A stretch of 64,000 nucleotides of DNA. Source: Phaeosaccion multiseriatum (taxonomy: Eukaryota > Protista > Ochrophyta, other classes). The first letter of the stretch is position 1, and every line of letters starts with the position of its first letter. This document shows positions 1 through 11,661 of the stretch, in pieces. The translations under genes were made by a program, and so were the position numbers. The notes under the pieces were generated by a model that saw only the letters and a program-made list of their open reading frames with translations, searched no databases and was not told the DNA's origin. The stretch lies in the NCBI GenBank assembly GCA_965112735.1, contig OZ218956.1, forward strand, positions 2,542,001 to 2,606,000. The letters run 5' to 3'.

Positions 1-253
1 TCATCGTGACAATGTTTCTGGCCATGCTTACGGGGTATAGAGCAAGAAGCAGCGTGCTCGTGGCCTCCACACAGTACCAGTGGCTCTGCGTCGTCAACGG
101 GTGCGGCTTCTTCTCGCTTGTCTTGTATCTCTTTTGGCACGCCTGGGCTGCCGTCCAGGGGCACTCTTACGCTCGCTGGCCCACCCTCACCACCCTTGGT
201 ACGTCGCGTCCCAACGCTCATCCTCGCCCTCACTCTAACTCGCACCCTTACCT

Positions 254-322
<69 letters not shown>

Positions 323-2452
323 CTCTCACCCCTGACCCCTCTCCCTCGTTACATGCCCAGAGAATGTGATTCGCTCCCCGCACAAGATGGCGTGGATCTC
401 CTCCCTGCGTGCGGCTCGGCAAGTGCTGCAAGTGTGCGCGGTGCGGCCTAGGGAGCTCGTACCCATCCATGACGTACGTAACGTAACGTAACGTAACGTA
501 TAGTTCTTACGTAGTTGCGTGGAGGGCCCTGTGCCTCTCCATCTGCTCTTCTGTTCTGCTCTGTGTCTATATGTGCCCATACGCCTCCACTCTGCTCTTC
601 TCTGTGTCCATATGCCTCTACTATGTCTCTATGCCCGTATACTCTCTAAACAGGTGGAGGAGCAGATGGCACGTGTGAGGGAGTGCTGGAAGGCGGCCAA
701 AGAGGAGGAGAGCATCTTGGAGTGGGTACTGAGAGAGACACTCGAAGACTTGGCTCGCACTCACACTGACTACCAACAGGGCTCCCTCCTCCCTGGTCGG
801 CTTGGTCTGGTTGCCGCCCAGCTCGATGACCATCGCACTCGGCAGGCCATGAAGAGGAGAGCTGTGGGAACAGTGCTCTCCTCGAGGAGGCAGCGGGTGC
901 TGCTGCTCAAGCTTCTGGCGGTGGGTGCGTTTCTGAAACGCATAAAGCACCGGCGCACCCCCATTAGTAAAGGTATGGTGCAGCATATGCGAGTGGAGAC
1001 AGAGAGACTTCTGAAACCGCCGGTGCAGTTGGAGCGACAGGCTGCGATGACGGGGCTCTGCAAGCAGTGGAAGAGGGTCATACGGAAGTGGGAGGCGGAC
1101 TTTCGGAAAGGTACGAGAGGAAGGGAGGGGAGGGGGGGGTGGCTATGGGTATCAACGTGGAACTCACAAACTTCATGCGAGCAGAACAAACGTAACTCAC
1201 TCCCTCCCTCCCTCCCTTCCTCCCTCCCTTCCTTCCTTCCTTCCTTCCTTCCTTCCTTCCCTTTATCCTTCCCTCCTTCCTTCCTTTGTTCCTCCCTTCC
1301 TTCCTTCCTTTTTCCTTCCTACCTCCCTCCCTCCCTCCTTCCCCTCCCTCCTTCCCGTCCACTACCCTCCCTCCCTCCCTCCCTCCCTTCCCCTCCCTCC
1401 CTCTCTCCCGCAGAGCACGGTCGGTTGCCCGAGAGCCACGACAAGGAGCGGGAGTGCTCGGAGTGGTACCTGTGCTACCGCCGTCTGCACATGGCGCTTG
1501 ACAGCATCCGTAGCGCTATTGTAGACCCGCTGTCTACCGCGAGGATGATGACAGCTGCTGGACAGCGCAGAGGGAGCTTCGAGAGAGGAGGAGGAGGAGG
1601 AGGAGGAGGAGGAGGAGGGGTGCGGCGACGTTCGAGCGCGTCGTCAGGGAGCTCCAACGACCTCGCGGCGGTGAGACGGAACGTGGAGCAGGAGCAACGC
1701 GCATTCGCACAGGCCTTGGTGGACCTTACGCTCACCACGGAAGCGCTGCTGAGCTCGGGGGGGGCGAGTGTTGAGTTCATGGAAGAGGTGAGAGAAGTGG
1801 AGGAGGACGAGGAGGGGAGGAGGGTGGTGGTGGTGGTGGTGGTGTTGGTGGTGGTGGTGGTGGTGGTGGTGGAGGAGGAGGAGGAGGAGGAGGAGGAGGA
1901 GGAGGAGGAGGAGGAGGAGGAGGAGGAGGAGGAGGAGGAGGAGGAGGAGGAGGAGGAGGAGGAGGAGGAGGAGGAGGAGGAGGAGGAGGAGGAGGAGGAG
2001 GAGGAGGAGGAGGAGGAGGAGGAGGAGGAGGTTATACGCGTGCCGTGTATACATGGTTTGGCAGGGGTATGGGAGAGATTGAGTTGCCTCTTGTGTGTTG
2101 ACAGCTGTGCGAGTTGCTTCTTCTTTCTCTCCCTCATTCTATCCCTGAACCTCATCCCTGCTGCTGGCTTCACCCACCCCCCGCTGCTGTTCCGACTGGC
2201 ACGACGCTGGTGCTACTGTATCATCAACTACTATCGTAACACCCACATGGCTGCTCCCGAAAGGTGACGGCATGCCGGAAGGAGTGGAAGAACCACATCA
2301 AGAGATGGGAGGGAGACTTCCTGAGGACGTTCGGCAAGGCGCCGCAACTGTCCGACAAGAAGGGGGTGGCTTCATGGTATGAGAACAATCAGAGACTCAA
2401 GGCCCTGGCCCTCCTGGTCAAGGGGGGTGGAGGGCCGTTTAGTGAAGTATGA
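1..2452 (+). CDS. 5'-truncated multi-exon membrane protein with two C-terminal Sld2/RECQL4-N (FAM13-like) helical motifs
   Basis: Exons join in frame at GT-AG sites: <1-197, 361-473, 654-1110, 1413-1787, 2264-2452. Hydrophobic segments lie at the start. Two copies of a WE..F...G+.P...D...WY motif: KWEADFRK-EHGRLPESHDKERECSEWY and RWEGDFLRTFGKAPQLSDKKGVASWY. The 3' end is uncertain because there is a possible donor at 2447. Confidence 0.6.
250..332. repeat. (CACCCT)n intronic hexamer repeat, (TGAGGG)n on the minus strand
   Basis: About 12 tandem copies read directly. Confidence 0.9.
1871..2030. repeat. Pure (GGA)n tract, intronic
   Basis: About 160 bp uninterrupted, preceded by (GGT)n. Confidence 0.95.
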
Positions 2453-2455
2453 GAT

Positions 2456-2510
<55 letters not shown>

Positions 2511-3141
2511 GGGGGGGAGGGAAACAAGTAAGTGCACATGCGGAGGTGGAGAGGTGGATTGAGAAGGCGGTGAAGGAGGAGTTGGGAGTGGATGCGCGAT
2601 CGAGAAGGGAAGAGGGAAGAAAGGGGAGGGTTCCGAGCCTCCACCTCAAGTCCGTTCACTGCCTGGATGATGCTGTTCCCTACTGTGGAACAAAACAGAG
2701 GCGGTGGAAAGGAGGAGTTGGAGGGGGTTTCAGGTCCTTCATTACGTAAAAACCGCGGAACCTTCGCAGTCCTCCCGAGGCAGCTGAAGCAGGCCTCTCT
2801 CGACTTATGTAACCTCTCGACTTCTCTTCGGGCGGTAGGGGTGGTAACTCCAAACCTTGTTATGCTACTCGAACAAGCAAAGCCCTAACCAGCACACGTG
2901 CAGTACCTCAGAGACGCTTTGCTTTTCTTGCTTACGGTGCCGCCGGCCTTTGACCACTGACCTGGTGGCCTGCTGACCTAGCTAGTCTACAGCCCTCCGC
3001 ACCGGCCCTCGTTGCGCGGGGGGACGAGAGGGATGGCTCAGAGAATGAGACGGAGGGGGAAGGAGGGGGAAGAGAGCCCACACAAACATGGAGAGAAAAA
3101 GAAGACTCATGATGCCATTCAGTAGAGAAAAGACAGAGAGA

Positions 3142-6100
3142 TCAGAGGAGACTCTCCTCGCTGGGTGGATTGGAATACGCGGTCCTCGGGGGCATGGCCT
3201 TGAGCACGGCGTCGGAGATGACCACGTTTTTGATGAAGTCTCCGCTCACGTGCACTTTCACCTCCTCCTTGCCACCCAGCCCAGTGGGGAGGCAGTACCG
3301 CAGTCTCCGAGTCATGAACTTTGCTGTAGCCCACTGACCGGGTAAGCAGAGGACCGCCCAGGCGAGGAAGAGCGCTGCCCCGGTGCTCGCCGCGGCGACT
3401 GCGATGATGAGCTGGATCGGAAGGCCCTCCCCCTCCTCTAGCACCGCCCATATGACGAAGTTGGCCACCTCAACCGTCGACAGAAACAAGTCCTGCAGGG
3501 CACCACTGCTCTCTCCTTGCAACACCTCGGCCGCAGCGGTGCTACAGTCGGAGGCGGAGGCAAAGCCCAGCACCAGGAAGGACACCTCAACAGCGCTGCT
3601 GCTGCTTTCATTGGTCGCTGATGTCGGCAGCTGTCGCCTCTTCATTTCCGTCACTATCGCTTGCGCTCGTCTTCCCCACTCCTCCTCGCCCTTCTCCTTC
3701 CAGCCTTCCACCCCTGCCGATACTTCTTGTCCTTCACCTTTTCCCAGAAAGGAGGCTGCATAGTGACGAACAGACGACAAACTGAGTGCTGGTGCCGCTG
3801 CCACTGCCGTTGTTGCTGGTCCTGCTGCTCCTGGTGGTGCTGAGGGCGGCGGATGTGGTGGTGGGGCCGAAGAGAGTGGCGGGAGAGATGAGGGGCTTTG
3901 GAGCTGCAATCGACGCGTCTCCTCCGTTGATGTCCAGGAGACTTCACGAATGCCGACGATGTAAATCATATCTTCTGCATCCAGCGCCGACGAGAAGACC
4001 GCAAGAGTGCGTTTGAAGTAGCTCTGTAGGGTCGAAGAAAAGGTGTCTTCACTAAGCCCGACCAGCACGCAACTCCCATTGAGGTAGTTCAGAGAGTCCA
4101 CCCCGAAGGTGTCCGGCAGCGGCTCGAGTGTTGCCGCTGCTGCTGTTGGAGCTGCTGTTGGAGCTAATGTTGGGGGCTCTGTAGGAGCTGTAGTTGGTGC
4201 CTAAGAAGACGAAGGAGGATTTTGGCAACCAGTACGAGCAGAAGGGGGGGATAATACAATAATAGGAGAGGAAGGACGAAGGAAAGAAGGAAGGAAGGAA
4301 GGAAGGAAGGCAGAAAGGAAGGAGGAAAGGAAGGAAGGAAGGAAGGAAGGAAGGAGGGAAGGAAGGAGGGAAGGAAGGAGGGAAGGAAGGAAGGAAGGAA
4401 GGATAAGTGAGGGTAAGTGAGGATGTCGTTGAAGGTAAAGCGAGACAGAGAGAGATAGACGGAGAGCAATAGAGTCAGAGGCAGAGGGCGAGAGTGTACC
4501 TGCGTAGGCGCCGCTGTTGGAGCTGCTGTCGGAGCTACTGTTGGGGCTGCTGTTGGGGCTGCTGTTGGGGCTAGTGTTGGTGCTGCTGTTGGAGCTACTG
4601 TTGGGGCTGCTGTTGGAGCTAATGTTGGTGCTGCTGTTGGTGCTGCTGTTGGTGCTGCTGTTGGAGCTGCTGTTGGAGCTGCTGTTGGAGCTGCTGTTGG
4701 AGCTGCTGTTGGAGCTGCCGTTGGAGCTGCTGTTGGAGCTGTACTTGGAGCTGCTGTTGGAGCTGCTGTTGGGGCGGCCGTTGGAGCTGCTGTTGGGGCT
4801 GCTGTTGGAGCTGCTGTTGGGGCTGCTGTTGGAGCTGCTGTTGGGGCGGCCGTTGGAGCTGTTGTTGGGGCTGCGGTTGGGGCTGCTGTTGGAGCTGTTG
4901 TTGGAGCTGTACTTGGAGCTGCTGTTGGAGCTAGTGTTGGAGCTGCTGTTGGGGCCTGGGAAGCGCGACGGGCGATTTAAGCGTCAGGTAGGAGCAGACG
5001 GAGGGAAGCAAGGAAGCAAGGACGCAAGGAAGGAAGCAAGCAAGGAAGGATGTAAGGAAGGAAGCAAGCAAGCAAGAAAAAAGTACGGAAGCAACGAAGG
5101 AAGGAAGGGAGGAAGGAAGGAAGGAAGGGAGGACGGAAGGAAGGAAGAAAGGAAGGAAGCAAGCAAGCAAGGAAGGAAGGAAGGAAGGAAGGAAGGAAAG
5201 AAGGAATCAAGGAAGGAAAGAAGGAAGGAAGGAAGGAAGGAAGGAAGGAAGGAAGAAGGAAGGAAGGAAGGAATCAAGGAAGGAAAGAAGGAAGGAAGAA
5301 TGGAAGGAAGGAAGGAAGGAAGGAAGGAAGGAAGGAAGGAAGGAAAGAAGGAAGGAAGGAAGGAAGGAAGGAAGGAAGGAAGGAAGGAAGGAAGGAAGGA
5401 AGGAAGGAAGGAAGGAAGGAAGGAAGGAAGGAAGGAAGGAAAGAAAGAAGGAAGGAAGGAAGGAAGGAAGGAAGGAAGGAAGGAAGGAAGGAAGGAAGGA
5501 AGGGAGGCAGGAAGGGCAGCTACAGATAGGAGATGTGAGGGCAGCTCAAGCAGCGGATAGTGCCTCTACCTACTCTACCTGCGACGGAGCGGCGGTGGGT
5601 GCCGGGGTGGGCACGTTGCCCACGTCGACGGCCACAAGAGGTAGATCTCCGGAGCTGCCGCCTACATACGACGCAGAGCTGCCGATGCCCACTTGGCCAC
5701 TGAGAGAATCACATCGGGAGGGAGAGGTAGGGCGAACAAGACCAGTCGGTTCTGTCAGATGTGTGGTGGGGGAGTGACCAGAGCTATTGGCCAAGCTGCT
5801 CCCTTCGCAGTGCTTACTATTGGTTGCGTCCCCAGCAGACAATGTCCTCACTGTCCAGCACAGCGCAGAAGAAGAAGCCCTTGCCGGTGATGGATACCGC
5901 AGTCCTCCCCGTGCCCAAGTCGATTGCGCTCAAGCTGTCGCCCATCTCGCCCGACCCGTCCCCGAGATTGGCAGTGCTACCAGCAGCAAGCTCTCCGTAG
6001 CCATTCCTGCCCCAACATTTGACGTCCCCTGCGGACACCAGGGCGGGAGGGGAGCGGGATTTGAAGGCATTTTCTTGTTGCGGATGTGAGGCTCTCTGTT

Positions 6101-8780
6101 GAGAGGGGAGGGAGAAGCAGAAGGGAGGGATGAGGGCAGCCCCTGCGACCCACCTGTGTCCAGAATGGCGCAAGTGGACATGTAGCATGCCGCGATGGCC
6201 GTGGCGGTCCTGCCCGAGCGAGCAAAGCAAGATGCATGAATGGATGGATGAGAAGGGAGGAGATAACGGCCCGCACCACCACTCACGCACCACCGCTCAG
6301 CCTACTACAGCACTTGCCATGGCAGCGAAATCGGTCGCGGTATCCACGTTGCTCGTACTGCCAATGCCGAGCTGAGGGGACAGGCCAGGATGCATAGATA
6401 GGACGGGATGAGAGGGGCGAGCGAGAGGCTCTGACACTCAACAAGACAACAGTCGTGACGGTGAAAAGAGAAGGGGGCAGAGGGCGGGCGCCGCTGTTGC
6501 AGAAGTCCCCTTCAGGCTGGCCTGGCGACCGTTGCTTCAAGCTTTGCTGACTCATACCTGGCCTGGAACCAGCCAGGAGGGCCGGAAGAGGCAGCAGATA
6601 GGCAAGGGGTGAGGGGGCAGTGAGGTGTGAGGGGTGGTAGCTACGGACACACGATACGCGGCGTTGGAAGCCCCTTCTCCCTCTTCGCTTCCTCTCCAGC
6701 ATCTTCTCTTCTCCTCCGTCATACGACGCAAGACTTTGCTGGCATTACCTTTGTCGTTCCTTCCCCAGCACACCACGTCGTTGGTGCTTCGGACCTGCAG
6801 CGTCGAGAAAGCGCCCGAGCAGAGGAAAGGAGGAGTGCCATGGGAGGACATGAGTAAGTGGGCTAGAAGAGAGCATGTCACCTGGCTCGTCCCCTTCGAC
6901 CTTGCGACTGTCATCTCACCGCGCAAGTGTGGTACATTCCTGCCGCGATCGCAATAGCCGTGTTGCCGCTCCCCCCCATATTGACGTCGCCCAAGGCATC
7001 TCCCATCTCTCCCGAGTCGTTTCCGATTGTTTCCTCGCCCTCCACGCCCAGCTGTCCGTAATCATTGCGACCCCTATTTTTAGCGTTAACACATAGGATG
7101 ATGACGAGAGTGCGCACAGACCATGAGGGGCCCTTTGGGTAAAAGTCGGCACAACAATGAGTGGTTGAGTACGTACCAGCATTTGACGCTGGCAGTGTTG
7201 GTGATCTGTACAGGAGGCACGGCAGATGGGGGAGGAGAGGAACGCGTTGATGGCGTTGATGGATCAAAACAGTCTTCTAACTATGGCACCCGCCTCGAGC
7301 TCTACCCGCTTCCAGCTCTGCTACACTTACCACACAATTGTGATAGCTGCCACACGCAATCGCCGCTGCTGTGACTCCACTCCCCAAGTCAATGACGGCC
7401 TTTCGTCGGTCATGGACGGCCCATTAGCAGCAGCAGGGAGTCAAGTGGGGCAGGCACCACACACAGTTAGAGACGGCGTGAGGCCCAGGGCTGCTACGAG
7501 GGGTGTGGGGTCATTTGTGTGGATACAGACTCCCGCCTTCCCTCTCCTCCCCCACCTCTACGTGGGCCTGGCCCTCCTCATGCACCGCCTTACCAACGCA
7601 GTCATTTCTCCCGAATCGTCTCCCAAATTGGATGAGCTTCCCTGTCCGAGCTGCCCGTAACTGTTTGCTCCCCAGCTGGAGAAGGCGAAAGAACGGGGGG
7701 GGGGGTGGGGGTGATGAGGAGGCTGAAACCGGGGGGGGGGGGTTTGGCTTGGGTAGGGGGGCCCTGCAGCCCCCCCCAGCCCTTGCTTGCACTTGGCATT
7801 CAGCCTCCTCTCCGACGACCTGCCTCACCATTTCACATTTGATGTGCTCAGCAGGGCGCAGTACCCGTAGTCACCTATGAGAAGGGTAGCATGGGCAGAA
7901 GGACGGCAGAGGTGTACACGCTGAGGGTGAGGGTGTCCACTGACTGACGCTGCTGTACAGGCTATCCTCTCTCGCACTTTTTCTTACCGCCGTCGACGTC
8001 GATGGCCGTGGCGCCGAGGTTCACTGAGCTCAAGTTGTCGCCCATGTCACTACTTGAAAAGCCTCGATCCGTGGTGTCCTCCTGGTGAAGGGGCACAATA
8101 CGTTGGAGACTGAATAAGAAAGGATGGAGTTGATGAAAGAACTTGGCCCAGCAGCAGGGACTCACAACTCCGAGCTGCCCCTCGTCATTCCTTCCCCAGC
8201 ACACCACAGTGTAGTCATCTCGCACGGCACACATGCTAACGTCAGCGCCACCAAGGGCTATAGCTGTATGCCCTGTCCCAATGTCGGTGGTGCCCAAGCT
8301 GTCCCCCATTTCTGACGATGCATCCCCTACATTGTTCCCTGGGTTCGACCCCAGTCCGAGCTGCCCATATGAATAGCTGAGTAAACAAATTTGAGGGCAG
8401 GAGCAGTAGGAGCCGCAGACATCATCATCATCATCATCATCATCATCATTGGGGGCGTGAGCACCCAGTCCAGTATAGCACGTTGGCCCCATCCCTCAGG
8501 AAAGGAGGGGGTCCTCCTTTTTGGCCGAGCAAGCAGATAGGTAGGGCCAATGAGAAACGACGGGCGGTGCACGGTGAAGGAGAACAGGGACATAGAAGCA
8601 CGTAACGCATGGAACTTACGCTCCCCAGCATTTCAGCGTCCCGTACACCGAGGCGCAGATATGTGAAGCACTCAGGCCCATGGATACGCTTCCGCCCTCG
8701 CTTCCATCCGTGAGCCAAGCTGCACCCGCAATGGCGGCCAATACTTCTGCGCGTCTCCTACCAGCAGAGGGCGCTTTCAT
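3142..8780 (-). CDS. RCC1/BLIP-II-type beta-propeller repeat surface protein with (APTA)n stalk and a C-terminal transmembrane helix
   Basis: About 15 exons with repeated C-WG-N-GQLG...GD-SGEMGD-L..IDLG units. Hydrophobic N-terminus from ATG 8780. Exon 4500-4955 encodes about 38 APT(A) units. TM segment LIIAVAAASTGAALFLAWAVLCL, stop at 3142. The model needs a 5-nt micro-exon (6558-6562) and has an apparent 1-nt frameshift near 6301. Confidence 0.8.
4500..4955 (-). repeat. 12-bp coding tandem repeat (Ala-Pro-Thr-Ala mucin-like stalk)
   Basis: GCTCCAACAGCA-type units bounded by a CAG acceptor and a GTACAC donor. Confidence 0.85.
5000..5510. repeat. (GGAA)n intronic tract, (TTCC)n in the transcript
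   Basis: Read directly; lies inside the intron upstream of the stalk exon. Confidence 0.9.
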
Positions 8781-9061
8781 ACGTAGCGCAAAGTGATTGA
8801 GAGAGTTGAGGAGTAATGAGAAAGGAGAGGGAAGAAAAGACGGTTTCAGCAGCCGCCGTCGGAGTGTGACTTTCTTAGCACAGTACTCCTCTACAATGAC
8901 TACAAGGTGCTTCGGGCTGCGCCCTCGACAGGGGGGAGGAGGAGGAGAGAAGAGCGTTGGAGTTGGCAAGAAGTGGGAGAAGGGAGAGTGGAGGAGAGGA
9001 AGGTGAAAGGGGGAGGAGGGAGGAGGAGCAAAAGTAGGGACTCACAAATGGCGAGTGCAGG

Positions 9062-9760
9062 ATGTGGAAAGACTCGGCGGGAGGAGGAGGAGGAGGAGGA
9101 GGAGGAGGAGGAGGAGGAGGAGGAGGAGGAGGAGGAGGAGGAGGAGGAGGAGGAGGAGGAGGAGGAGGAGGAGGAGGAGGAGGAGGAGGAGGAGGAGGAG
9201 GAGGAGGAGGAGGAGGAGGAGGAGGAGGAGGAGGAGGAGGAGGAGGAGGAGGAGGAGGAGGAGGAGGAGGAGGAGGAGGAGGAGGAGGAGGAGGAGGAGG
9301 AGGAGGAGGAGGAGGAGGAGGAGGAGGAGGAGGAGGAGGAGGAGGAGGAGGAGGAGGAGGAGGAGCCACCACCTCGCCCGGAAGGGGAGGGGCACGCCCC
9401 AAAACAGCTTTAGGTACCAGAGGGGAGGCTGGTGGTGGTGGTGGTGGTGGTGGTGCGGGGGGGAGTCGCCAGCGACCTATCTCGGCCGCCCCAGCGGCAG
9501 GCGTATGGGCGGGGACGGGGGGAGGCGCGAAGAAGAGAGGGCAGTTCCTCACGCCGGACCCTACTGTGCAGGTGAGTGAGGAGGAAGAGAGACAAGAGGG
9601 TGAAAGGGGGGGAGGTAGACAGAGGAGGAAGAGAGGGGGGCGAAACAGGGAGGGGTTTAGGGGGGAGTGTGGAGTCCTGGGGGGCAAGTTAGCAGGAATA
9701 TAGGTCAAGCGAGTCACTTTTGGCTGGCGAACCAGTGAAATGATTGTGTGCGTGTTTGTT

Positions 9761-9802
<42 letters not shown>

Positions 9803-10503
9803 GGTGGGGGGGGGGGGGGGGGGGGTGCACACGCAGGACCGACGTTTCACACTTGGGCTATGCGAGGCAATTACCTCTCTCTCTATCTGTGCGCTCCCTC
9901 CAAGGACGCCTCATGTCTTCCTCCTCCTCCCCCCTACTCCCTCTGCCGGTCCCCACTGACTTGCTGACTCTCGTCCCTCCCCTGCTTCACCCCCCGCCTA
10001 CCCACATCACTCACACTCCGTCTCCTTGTTATGTGCCACTTATACCCCTACGATACTACGGTTTCAGAAACCCCTGTTGGAGCAAGCTCTGTTGAACATC
10101 AAGCCCGGTGTAACCGTGGTGGAGGTGCCTTACGGCGGGGGGGGCGTGGAGCGGCGAAAGGCCACCCCCGCTTCTTTCGAGACCCCGGGGAGGATGCACG
10201 TCTGCACGTATCGAGCGCTGTCGGCAGGGAGGAACCCCCCAGGAGCCAGTACCAAGGGCGTGGATGACGGCCACGTGCAGCCGCAGCAGCAGCAGCAGCA
10301 GCAGCAAGAGGAGGGTAGCAGCATGAGCTTCTTGGAAGAGAGCGGAGGAGGAGGGGGGGGGATTAAACGGGAATACTCTAAGTGGCGGTGGTGGTGGTGG
10401 TGGAGGAGGAGGATTGGGGGGAGGAGGGAAGTCTACAGTGAGACCGGCGACAGCAATAGGCGTGCGAACCATGCTGCTGGCGGCGGCATCGGCGAGGGAC
10501 TAA
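9062..10503 (+). CDS. Uncharacterised Gly-rich protein, possibly only the 3' part of a larger gene
   Basis: An exon ending PDPTVQ|GTGAGT (9571) splices to CAG|KPLLEQALLNIKPGVTVVE...RMHVCTY (10068). A more protein-like end (GLNGNTLSGGG...RPATAIGVRTMLLAAASARD*) needs a frame change in the G-run near 10353-10362. The start lies next to a (GGA)n tract and is uncertain. Confidence 0.45.
9080..9365. repeat. Pure (GGA)n tract, about 285 bp
   Basis: Read directly. Confidence 0.95.
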
Positions 10504-10559
10504 CTGGGCTCGGTAGATGCCAAGATGGTCGGTGCGATTCCCATGCCAGCTAGTGGTAC

Positions 10560-10595
<36 letters not shown>

Positions 10596-10704
10596 TGGTG
10601 ATACAGACGGGGCCCCTCCTCGTCTCGATGGCGGTGCTGAAGGTCCTGCTGACTCCTCCCCGGATTCTGACTTCCTGGGGGAGGAGGTGTCAGGACTGAA
10701 GGGC

Positions 10705-11661
10705 TTAGGGACCGGACGAGCGAGGGGCAATATCAGACAGAGATCGAAGGGGGCAGTCAATGGGCTCAGTCGAATCAGAGCGCCGAGTTCGAAGGGAAAG
10801 CCCAAAGCGACAGTCGACGAGACAAGAACCACAAAGAGAGCGTCCTTCGTTTACATGTATCCTCTCGCTCTTACCTGCGTCCCGCTTCTTCCGTTCCTTC
10901 CTTGTCGCATATTCTGCCCTGATCAGAGCAGCCACGTCTTTGTGGTGGTTCTCTTTTGCCATCTGAAGAGCCGTCTTTTGCTCACCGTCGTCCTCGTCGA
11001 ACCACCGCAACTTGAGCATACAGCCTGCCTCCAGGAGGGCCTTGACGATGGCCACATGACCATAGGTTGCCGCGATCATGAGCGGGGTCTTCCAGCGGCC
11101 TTCGCAAAAGGTTTTCCGCGCGAAGTTCATGTTGGCCCCCGCCGCGATTAATGCCTTGAGCTGATCTAGCCGCCCGGACATAGCCGCCAAAGCCAACGGA
11201 GCGAGGACACGCATGTCCAAGTGCTGTTCCGTATTCACGTCGACGCCTGCCTCCAAGAGAGCATAGAACATGTCATCGCGTCCGTGACTCATAGCGCACT
11301 GCAAAGGCGTATCCATGACCCCAAGGTGGGCCTCATCCTTATCTGCCCCAGCTCCGAGGAGAAGCTTGAAGATGCCAAAATGGTTCCCCTCGATGGCGTC
11401 CATTAAAGGCATGTGATCTTCATAGCAGTTGTTGGGGTCGGCTCCTCTCTCCAAGAGCGCGCGTACAGCGTCCTCTTGGCCGGCGATCACGGCGTTGTTC
11501 AAGGCCGTGGGGCAATCGTCTTCATCCTCCATCACGTCAACATCAAGCCCACCATCCAGGAGCCTTGTGATTGCTTCAATGTCCCCCTTCTTCGCAGCCT
11601 GCGCCAGCTCGAGGCGCAGCTTCTCTGTATGAGCAACAGCCTCAGTAGCAGCCTGCGCCAT
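10705..11661 (-). CDS. Ankyrin-repeat protein
   Basis: About 6-7 ankyrin repeats (TALNNAVIAGQEDAVRALLERGADPN, TPLQCAMSHG, TPLMIAATYGHVAIVKALLEAG). The true 3' end may splice at CAG|GTAAGA near 10874. Confidence 0.85.
   Translation of the reverse strand: MAQAATEAVAHTEKLRLELAQAAKKGDIEAITRLLDGGLDVDVMEDEDDCPTALNNAVIAGQEDAVRALLERGADPNNCYEDHMPLMDAIEGNHFGIFKLLLGAGADKDEAHLGVMDTPLQCAMSHGRDDMFYALLEAGVDVNTEQHLDMRVLAPLALAAMSGRLDQLKALIAAGANMNFARKTFCEGRWKTPLMIAATYGHVAIVKALLEAGCMLKLRWFDEDDGEQKTALQMAKENHHKDVAALIRAEYATRKERKKRDAGKSERIHVNEGRSLCGSCLVDCRFGLSLRTRRSDSTEPIDCPLRSLSDIAPRSSGP

Noticed and set aside
4517-5560. 347-aa Leu-rich/GRKE ORF on plus
   Set aside because: Antisense shadow of the APTA exon plus an intronic (GGAA)n tract.
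5817-5822. Apparent in-frame TAG suggesting readthrough or a variant genetic code (also ORF ends at 8616 and 52380)
   Set aside because: Each overlaps a canonical donor (for example TA|GTAAGC), so splicing removes the stop.
8875-9717. Poly-P, poly-E, poly-R and poly-L ORFs (also at 61888-62601)
   Set aside because: Translations of pure (GGA)n tracts.
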